A stretch of DNA of 61,681 bases, counting the filler, from Bipalium vagum (taxonomy: Eukaryota), in the NCBI GenBank assembly GCA_037834085.1. It is 3 parts of 3 records of this genome, joined end to end, with 100 filler letters (N's around TTAATTAATTAA, not from the genome) between each part and the next. Parts side by side here need not be neighbours in the genome. Positions count along the whole stretch, not along the records: positions 45,637 to 61,681 come from JBBMKC010130314.1; 2 more parts are not named here. One strand, written 5' to 3'. Position numbers and translations under genes: made by a program. Shown in pieces: positions 52,773 to 61,681 of the stretch; the stretch's first letter is position 1, and each line of letters starts with the position of its first letter. The notes under the pieces were generated by a model. The model made no database searches. It had not been told where the DNA came from and saw nothing but the letters and a program-made list of their open reading frames with translations.

Positions 52773-52964
52773 TATCATTACTATTTATATAAATAATAAA
52801 TAATAACATTATTAAGACTCATAAAATTAACTTATTTAAAATTCAAGTCTGTATTTAATAATTTTATATAGAGAAATGTTTTTATCAAATTATTTTTTAT
52901 TTTAAAAACTATTTCCTTATTAGTATCCTTTTAATGAGGTGACCCTTGATGTGTGATATTTTAG

Positions 52965-53396
52965 GTGATAATTTGAATTACTATTGGAATTTCGGCGATG
53001 GCACTACATCCAATTCAACTGTACGTAATCAAAGTCATGTTTACACTAAAAGTGGTACTTATAACGTTTCCATAACCGTTTTCAACTCTTTAACATCGAA
53101 AACACAATATTTCTTGCTCTCCGTAAAGGAGACTGTTAAAATACAGTCTGTCAATGGAACATTTGCTGCCAATGCAAATGCGCCCATCAAATTTACAGTT
53201 TATATGACCAGTGGGACAGGTTTCAATTGTACCATAAGTGGAGACGAATTGGTGAATATAACACAGCCATCTTCCAATCTGATCTTTACCGTTCAATGGG
53301 TCACAGATGGATCTTTTAATGTTACAATGAAGTGCTTTAATGAATACAGCAGTGACTCGAAATCGTGGATTCAAAATATCGTTGCAAATCTCTCCG
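52965..53396 (+). CDS. Polycystin-1-like exon, canonical PKD domains
   Basis: YYWNFGDG...HVYTKSGTYNVSITVFN is the PKD signature; phase-1 ends ttag| and G|GTGAGT. Confidence 0.92.
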
Positions 53397-53693
53397 GTGA
53401 GTACAGAAAATTAGAAAGATAAACTTCTCTCAATTAAAATGTAAATAAAACACATTCCAGTTTTATATGTATAAAGTTTAAGCATTTATGTTGTAAAACA
53501 ATAAAAGTGATACATACTTATGAAATTGGTAAATAATTTTTTTATTTAAGAGGAGACAAAACCCTAACTTTTTTAGTAATTATGCAATATTTTCCTAATT
53601 TTTTGTTATATTTTCTTTTCTGTCGCTTTGCTGAAGCTTTATGATAAATACTTACGATTTCGATTTATTAATTGAATTATTTTTTTTTAACAG

Positions 53694-53982
53694 GATTGGC
53701 ATTTCAGAAGCTTGGAGGTCCAGCTTTTGAGTTGACCCAATTGGGCTTTACTTGGTTATCTGGAAAAAATGTTTTCTTCCAACTGATGATCGACAACATT
53801 TCCAAAGTCATAACGAAAGACGAGTCGACAAGAATAGGATTATCGGAAAACTTTACAATGTCGAAAATGGGAAATGTCATTGGAGTCCTTAGAGCTAATA
53901 ACTCTGTAACGGACTTGATTCTTGTTGCAAACTTAACATTTTCTGAAAGGATAAAAGGACTTCAAATCACACCTAGTTCAAT
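53694..53982 (+). CDS. Polycystin-1-like exon
   Basis: aacag| phase-1 acceptor; phase-2 donor AT|GTTAGA is compatible with the next exon. Confidence 0.8.
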
Positions 53983-54161
53983 GTTAGAATAATTTTGAAT
54001 ATAATTAAGATAAATGAAAAGAAATTTTAATATTATTTTATTTATTTATTGTTTATATATTATCATAATTAAATCTCTGTATTCTTATTAATTGTTGATA
54101 TATTGTTTTAATATCTCCTTCTTATAATTATTATAAAAAATGAAAGATAAGACTTTGAAAT

Positions 54162-55238
54162 TATAGGGTGGCGCAGTCAAACCTTAACATTTGGTAAACC
54201 AGCAAACATAATCATAAGTAAACTTTTAGAATGAATAACATTTATATTCAAGAACATTTTTATACAAAATTTTAACAGAAAGTGGTCTTTTCGGAAAAAG
54301 TGCGTAATTTTTGTCGAAAGTGTTTAAACAAGGTTTTTCCTGACTCAGCAGCAATTTTCTTAGAAATGCGTGTCCAGATTCGTTTCATTTTTGGTATACT
54401 GTCAACTGGTTAATTCAACATGTGATATCTGTGCTTACAAATTTTTCAATTGGGCGTAACTGTGGCACATTCGGTGGGTTCTGTTCTTTAGAAACAAAGT
54501 TGACGCCCTATTTCCTGAGTTTGGCCGTCACAATGTTACAATAATGCGAAGTTGCCAGGACAGGCCAAAATCCAACAGGCCTTTGAACATCCAACTTTTG
54601 TAAAAACGGCAAAAGACGCTTTTCAATAGATTCTTTTAGATAAATTTCACCATTAACAGTACCATTAGTCAAAAACAGCTCTGAAACAGGTCCATCTTCT
54701 GTCAACGCTTTCCAGATCATAAACCTTTTTTCAAATTTACCGGTTTCCTCTGCTTCTTTCTGCTACGCAATCCAACTGCTTCTTTCACTTTCTGATAGGT
54801 ACTAAGACTCAGATGCAACTACTTTGATGACACACGCTTTGACAGTGATCTGTTGTTTTTCGCGTGCTTCAACACTTTTCTTTGGGTTCTGGGACTGTTT
54901 ACAACTAGTTTACGACCTGGTATTGGCTTGTAATCTGTTACACCAGTCTTCAGAAAGCGTGATATCACATTCCGGATTGTTCTCTCTTTAATACTTTGCT
55001 GCCGAAAGTGATTAACCGTAGCCAGTTTATTTTATGAATTTTCTTGGAAAAAATCAATAATTGCCTCGGCGTTAAATTCGAGTTGCTATCTCTTATTCTA
55101 GAGGATTATCACTAAATAAATTATTCAATAAAAAGATCAATACGATTTCAAAAATTTCTTTGTTTTAGTTACTATGTAGCATAATCTTTCATACCAATTG
55201 TTAGAAGTGGCGGCATCTATATATGGGCCACTCTTTAT
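54162..55238 (-). mobile_element. Decayed DD37E (ITmD37E-type) Tc1/mariner element in an intron
   Basis: FWP(V)LATSHY...GVNFVSKEQNPPNVPQLRPIE gives 37 residues between the (mutated) D position and E; TIR-like tatagggtggcgcag at 54162; the far end is approximate. Confidence 0.8.
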
Positions 55239-55971
55239 TTTATTAAATTAACCCCTTTAAATAAAAAATGGGACTTTTTTTAATGATACATAAAAAATGA
55301 ATATATTAGATATTAGATAAAGGTAAAAGATATGAGGTCGTCCTAAAATCCTTTATTTATAAAAAGGATTTTAAAAATTTATTGACCTCAAACCTGACTA
55401 TCTAGTCCAGTGTATGGTGAACTTCGACACCTTTTCTTGTATATATTTCAGGTTCATTTTTTTAAACAATAATATATTCTTTGCTTAAATTTTTGAGAAT
55501 TTTGAACAACAAGATTTTTTTTTGTTTGTACAGCTTCAAATCTGCCCAAAATTTTTTATTTGGCCGCGCTTCAGAGACATTTGGGGGTTATTAGCTCTTC
55601 TTTAACAATATTAAAACGTTGTTAAGAACATTTCAAAACATTAGCAACTTATTTTTGAACAATTACATAGGGAATTGTTCAATTATTTGATAACCATTTC
55701 TTATTTGATTTCGTCACAAATTTCGGTAGACGACCACATTCTTTCACCAGTTCAACACACGATATTAGACGATACACTGTTGATTTTAGCAACAAAACTT
55801 CCTTTAATGTATATTTTTATTATAAAAATTTACAAACGGTTCTTGAGAGTTCTTTCTCAAAATGTAATTAATTCAATAATACTGATATATTTATCTTACT
55901 CTTATATATAATTTAAAACAGTTTAACTTGCTTATCAAGGTAGTTTGATTTATTTAAACAAATCATATATA

Positions 55972-56797
55972 CGTGGGTGAATCAAAAAGTAAAGATACAA
56001 AGCGTTTAATTTTTTTCATAGATAAGCAGTAAAACCATAATACGTTTTAACTTGTTTGCTACAATAAAATACGAAATATTGATTAAAGGAATATTTTTAT
56101 ATCAATTTTAGATAAAAAACATGGAGCCTGTTTAAAAGATTGCACCAAAGAAGAAAAAAGGTCTGTTATTCGTTTTTTACATGCAGAAGGTGTTTCTTCA
56201 GCTGATATTCACCGAAGAAGGCTTGCCCAAAATGGAGTAAATTGTTTTAACAGACAAAACGTAAATAAGTGGGTAAACAAATTCATAAATGGACGAACAA
56301 GCCTAAAAGATGAAGATCAGTCCGGAAGATCTGAAATATCGAAAACAGTTGATAACATTGAACGAGTTGAAGAAATGATCAGAAAAAACAGGCGACTTAC
56401 AGTTGCGTAATTACAGAAGGCATAATTATTCTGCATGTCAATGCAAGGTCTCATATTGCTCAACTAACAATGCAGACCATGAGAATTTTAAGTTATTGGA
56501 ACATCCTCCATATAGCCCAGATTTGTCACTATGTGACTTTTAGCTATTTAGATCCATGAAAGAGGAATTACGAGGAAAAAATTTCTACAATGATGATGCA
56601 GTGAAAAAAGTGGTGCAAGATTATTTGAATGCAGAAGACAAAAACTTCTTTGCTAAAGGAAAGAAGTTAGTTGACAGGTGGACGAAGTGCATTGAAAAAA
56701 GTGGTGATTATGTTGAAAAATAATTGTCTGTATATGCTATAATCTTTGAAAATAAAATAATATAAAGCCTGTATCTTTACTTTTTGATTCACCCTCA
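55972..56797 (+). mobile_element. Internally deleted irritans-type mariner with intact TIRs
   Basis: 28-bp TIRs (GGGTGAATCAAAAAGTAAAGATACA core) and TA flanks; RSVIRFLHAEG...RRLTV is joined directly to LHVNARSH...HPPYSPDL...RWTKCIEKSGDYVEK*. Confidence 0.93.
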
Positions 56798-57282
56798 TAT
56801 ACTAAGTTTACTTTTTAAAAAGTTTCATTTTTCATTTAGAGGTCGTAATATTAAGTCCGAATAAATGAATTCAAGTGATTCTTAATAATATTTTCTAATT
56901 AATTTTAGTTTTAAAATATAAAATATATATTTAAAATTATGTAAAAATTTAATATATATGAAACTAAAATTGTATTTCATATAGGATTTTTTTCTTCTAT
57001 AATGACTTAAGGCCTAAAATTCTATAATTTTTCATTTAGACCGAAGAAATGTTAACATTCTTTTAATTGAAAAATATAATCATGGTTTTAGCAACAATGT
57101 TATTTGACTTTTTCAGAAACAATGTAAGACTATTTCTCATAAAAAATTCTTTGAAATTCTTTAGAACATTTTCATTTTAACAAATGTTCTATTAAAAAAA
57201 GTAATCAAAAGACTTGTTAAACCAACTAAATTAATTTATTTATCTGTTTACATTTAATTTTTATTGATAATAATTTATTAAG

Positions 57283-57589
57283 TAATATCAAAAATGGAAC
57301 AGACGTAAAAATAACCATAACTTTGACCACCGGATCGGGAGTGACGACTACCACAGATTATTCCGATGGCACTAATGACACTTTCTTATCATCGTTAACG
57401 TCTCGGTGGGACAATACATACGTTCCAAGTCATACTTTTAAAAATATTGGAAATTATAACATTTCAGTAAATTGCACCAATATTGTTAACACTGAAATTG
57501 CTTGGGTGATGGTTTATGTACTGTCTAGCTTAGGAACTTATCAAGTGGTCACCAATAATCAATTTCTGAAAAAGTCGGACAATTTGGAA
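57283..57589 (+). CDS. Polycystin-1-like exon (PKD domain)
   Basis: TDYSDG...HTFKNIGNYNISVNCTN; phase-2 acceptor and |GTATGA donor. Confidence 0.88.
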
Positions 57590-58149
57590 GTATGATTTAT
57601 AATTGTTCCGAGATTTTTAAATAACTTTTTGAGAAAAATGTAATATAATATAATAATATATATCATATATTAGGTTGTTACATAATTTTTATGTCTATTA
57701 AATTTTATGCTTCTCTTATGGTATCAATTTTATTTAATACCAATATTTGTTTAAAATATCTTTTTAGCTATATAAAAGTACAGTAATGTTTTGTATCATT
57801 TCATGTTACATCAATCAGACAGCCTTGAAATGCATTATCAAGTCGATCAAAAGCAATATTTCTTCCAAAGAAAGTTGCCTAAGCGGTCGAGGAAATTTTT
57901 AATGTGTTCTTAAAAAGTATTTTGGTCTGGACTATTACAAATTAATATTACAAGAAATTCGAAAATAACGCATTTAACCTTGAAACAACCCAATATATTG
58001 GCAGGCCATTGTGAGCAATTGAATGTATTTGTGAAAAAGGACTGTCACCAAAAATGCAAAGATCTATCTCAGAAGTTTTACTTGTTATTATTACCAAATA
58101 AGATCAAGTAGAAAAATAATAAGAATCCAAAGTTGATTATATTAGGTCT

Positions 58150-59330
58150 AGAAGCATGATTTTGTCGTTTTGACTTGTTTTTAAAAAAGTAGATATTTAA
58201 ATAGTCAAAACAATTACATTCACATTTTCATGTAGAATCATTCCCATCATTCATAACAACATCTTTCCAAGTTTTTGTAGATTACCGTCATGAAAAAAAA
58301 TTTTTGATTTTGTGCAAACCCACTCGTTAAGCCAAATTGGACCTCATAATTTTTGAAACTCTTCTCTGACAGATAACATGCCATCGAACGGAACACTAGC
58401 AATCTGATGGAGTATTATCTAGAGAGTGTCGCGGGTAGATTAAGGCATCCCACTTCATCTGTTTTATCGTCTGAGCAACGGATTTTGCAACATGAGGCCG
58501 AGCGTTGTCATTGAACATTATTATCTTGTCATGTCTATCAGCCATTCTGGTCTTTTGGCAAAGTTTCTTCGTTTAATCTTACATGATGTTGTTCATAATG
58601 GTTAGCATTATTTTATTCTCAAACTTTCAGTAATTCATGGTATAAAATACCTTTGTGATCCCACCATATGCATAGCAGCACATTTTATTCTTTTTGCTAT
58701 TGAGTTTGTCGGTTGCCCTGGATTAACCAAGGATCTTTTATGTTTTGGGTTGCTGAAAAAGATTCACTTTTTATCTCCCATAATTATGCTAAGCAAGAAT
58801 GATTTTTCTTTTATTCTTTTCGATCAAAATGTTGCAAATTCTTATCCGCTGCTGCTTATTTCTTTCCAACAATTGATTAGACATTCACTTTCCTTCCTTC
58901 TGAATCTGTCCCATATCACTCAAACGTTTTGAAAAACTTAGTGAGTAACATTCAGTGTAGTTAATTGTATTTGAGATTGGGCATCATCTTCATTCAACAA
59001 TGCTTACAAATCATAGTCTTCAAATTATTTTGGCTGGTGTCCGTAGGGCTTGTTGTTCAAATCAAAGATACCGTCCTTGAATCTGTTAAACCAGTTCCAA
59101 CAAGTTCTTGACAGCTATAAGCCTCTATCATTAATTTTATTTATGCGTATCACTAAAATTTTTGTAAATAAAATAGAAAAAGCAATGCTTCCCAATTATG
59201 TTATTTTTCAGTACCAAATTCGTCATCTGAAATGAAAATTATTAAATTATTTAAAAACGTGTTTTATTATTTTTTTAAACGTGTTTTTTTTATTTAAAAA
59301 CATATTCTTACATTATTTTAGATAGCGCTT
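58150..59330 (-). mobile_element. Decayed mauritiana/Mos1-like mariner in an intron
   Basis: WFNRFKDGIFDL, LLNEDDAQSQ, WDHKGILYHELLK and NDNARPHVA motifs; boundaries approximate. Confidence 0.85.
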
Positions 59331-59375
59331 AAAATGTATATTTAAATACCAATATAATTTACATTTCTTAAATTA

Positions 59376-59736
59376 TTAGGTCTACAAATATGACTCCGCC
59401 GTTTTTAATTTTTATAATTAAAAATTAAATTAAATTAGTTTTTTGTATATTTGTTGGTATTTAAATAATATTCACTTTGAGCGCTAATTATAATAATATA
59501 ATAATTTTTTAAACATTTTGCACATCATTAATTATTTACTATTTTAGGTGACAATATTTTTGTGCCGGAAAATAAGCATTTGTGGGAAGCTTTATTATTT
59601 TTATTTAATTTAAAGAAAATGCTGCCGAAGCATATAAATTACTAGTACAGGCTTATGTGAACAATTCTTTAGCTTTTAATATAACTAATAAAAATTATAA
59701 AAAATAAAAACAGCAAAATCAAGGTTGTAGACCTAA
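59376..59736 (+). mobile_element. mariner-derived MITE-like deletion derivative (361 bp)
   Basis: TIRs TTAGGTCTACAA / TTGTAGACCTAA with TA flanks; keeps only FVPENKHLWEALLFLFNL..NAAEAYKLLVQAY. Confidence 0.88.
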
Positions 59737-60212
59737 TATTTTAGAAATCAATCACACATTTCTAATGCATGCTTTTAAAGATTTCTTAAAACATTTTTTG
59801 TTTTTTATTATTATTCATCAAATTATCTAGACTTATTAAACGAAAAACAAAAAAATTCGAAAAGTTTGACATTTACATCTTAGAATTAGAAAATGTCGGA
59901 AGTTATACATTAATGTCAATGTCAAATATTATATTATTTCAGGTCAAAATTAATGTAGAAATAAAATTAAGTTTAGAATATTAATATTTTTTTAAATGAC
60001 AATAAACATTTTCTAAATCTTTCTTTTTCAAAGACTCTTCAACAATCAATTTGATGAATTATTCTTTATACCAATTTATATAAATTTGATACTTATTCAG
60101 ATTGGACTAAATTAGTTTTGAAATTATTTGATATTTATTAATAAACAATTGACAAGGATAATACCATCTGAAAAGTTATGAAAATCATTACCATTTACCA
60201 CTTTATATTCAG

Positions 60213-60579
60213 CTAACAATGAAAAGAATATCTGGAGATATAGCAACAATGGCCAACATTACCATAGATTGGAACGACGGTCAAAAGACCGTGGTACCAT
60301 ACACATCGTTTAATGAGACTGCATTATACACTCATCAATTTAACAATAATGGCAACTACAATGTGACAATAGTGATTCAGAACCCAATTAACGCAGTGGT
60401 AAATTTTGTGATTATAAAGGTGATAAATCCTCTCACGAATTTAAAATGTGACAATTTTCCACAAAATGTTGAAACCGGTACACCTACGGTCTTTCAAGTT
60501 TCAGTCGGAAGCGGTGACAATGTAGTATTATCTCTGATACCAGGAGATGGAGGTTCTGTGCCGAATAAGACAGCAAATG
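60213..60579 (+). CDS. Polycystin-1-like exon (PKD domains)
   Basis: IDWNDG...HQFNNNGNYNVTIVIQN and LIPGDG; ttcag| acceptor, G|GTAGGC donor. Confidence 0.9.
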
Positions 60580-60629
60580 GTAGGCACTTGTTTTAAAAAA
60601 TATAAAGAATAATATTTAAACAAATTCAG

Positions 60630-60794
60630 AATTTAATTTCACCTATACTTACAATACGGCCACAAATTATACCTGGAGATCAGATGCCTGCAATGAGCTT
60701 GGTTGTCAGAATTGTACTAAATTCATTCAAATACAAAATAAAATCAACGCAAACGATTTTCAAGTAACAACTAATGGAGACGTGGCTGTAGGAG
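60630..60794 (+). CDS. Polycystin-1-like exon
   Basis: Follows a 50-nt intron; FTYTYNTATNYTWRSDACNELG continues the PKD fold in frame. Confidence 0.8.
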
Positions 60795-60880
60795 GTTTTT
60801 AATATTAATTTAATATTTTTTAATATTATTTATTATTACACAAAAATAAATTTAATTCCATAGAAATATATTAAAAAATA

Positions 60881-60942
60881 AGTTATAATATAATATTATA
60901 GTTATTATATATAATATTATAGTTATTATATATAATATTATT
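60881..60942. repeat. ~21-bp AT-rich tandem repeat, about three copies
   Basis: agttattatatataatattat unit. Confidence 0.7.
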
Positions 60943-61083
60943 ATTATTATATTTATTGTCTAATAGTTGTATAATAAACGATTTTCAAAATTCAGCCGAT
61001 TTATTTTCTTTAAATTCAAGTAATATTTTTAAAATTAAAAAACCATGTTTGTAGTAAATAATCAAATTTTCTTGATATTTTAG

Positions 61084-61298
61084 ATAACATAAAAACTACT
61101 ATTACATTCAATGGAACAACATTTCCAACAGGTGCAACACTGACCTTGACTTTTAGCGATGGATCTCCTCCAGTTGTAATTGCTCTGACTCAAAATATGA
61201 TGCCATACACCTTACCGAAAAATATAACTACAACCGGATACGGAAAAGTATCGGTTAATTTACAAAATCTAGTCAGTTCATCCAATTATAATGCAGAT
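61084..61298 (+). CDS. Polycystin-1-like exon (PKD domain)
   Basis: LTFSDGSP...GYGKVSVNLQNLVSS; ttag| acceptor, |GTAATT donor. Confidence 0.85.
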
Positions 61299-61343
61299 GT
61301 AATTTTAATATCAAAATATTATAATTTTATCTATCATTTATAG

Positions 61344-61592
61344 TATGGAGTTTTCCAAAAATTTTCTAATTTCAAAGTAGATGTTTCTTGGGGACCTTCA
61401 AGGTCACCTGGTTATGGCGCCAATCAAAGTACATATCCACTTAAACAGCCACTGTACTTTCGACCTAGTACAACAGGAGCTGGAACGGTCATAGGATATA
61501 CTTTTACTTATAGTTCCCAAGCAAATTCAAGCGATAAAGGTTCTTACAATACTACTGCGATAAATGGTGAAATAAGTCATACATTTACTTCG
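61344..61592 (+). CDS. Polycystin-1-like exon (gene continues past the window)
   Basis: Open 83-codon exon after a 45-nt intron, ending ISHTFTS|GTAAAG. Confidence 0.82.
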
Positions 61593-61609
61593 GTAAAGTA
61601 TTTTTTTAC

Positions 61610-61681
<72 letters not shown>
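61610..61681. repeat. (ATT)n microsatellite at window end
   Basis: Perfect triplet run. Confidence 0.98.

Noticed and set aside
55345-55374. Inverted repeat taaaatccttt/aaaggatttta
   Set aside because: AT-rich and lies in probable non-autonomous transposon sequence; no independent sign of function.
11088-61592. Lmx, neprilysin, robo and PKD1-like as a functional neural/sensory gene cluster
   Set aside because: The genes lie on three contigs joined by artificial linkers, so adjacency is unproven.

Overview
Very AT-rich metazoan DNA, most consistent with a freshwater planarian/flatworm draft genome (inference from gene content, tiny introns and transposon types). The window is three contigs joined by two identical artificial spacers (44N-TTAATTAATTAA-44N at 27321-27420 and 45537-45636), so synteny across them cannot be assumed. 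Contig 1 (1-27320) holds the first LIM-domain exon of an Lmx1-like gene (minus), the first exon of a neprilysin/ECE-like M13 peptidase (plus), and many decayed transposons (mariner, Tc1, rosa-like, a nearly intact DD37D maT, piggyBac, Penelope). Contig 2 (27421-45536) holds a 5'-truncated NeSL/Utopia/R5-type RLE retrotransposon and a Roundabout (robo) gene; almost the whole Robo ectodomain is in one 2.7-kb exon, and its introns contain GC-enriched non-coding islands. Contig 3 (45637-61681) holds 13 phase-compatible exons of a polycystin-1-like gene (WSC plus PKD repeats), with 43-50 nt micro-introns alternating with transposon-filled introns. The most unexpected signal is non-coding: downstream of the retrotransposon ORF, 30243-30815 folds by eye into about six plus-strand hairpins, three of them relying on G-U pairs, and two have complementary loops (candidate kissing-loop RNA module). 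No tRNA, rRNA or CRISPR was seen. All structure and family calls were made by eye, without computation.
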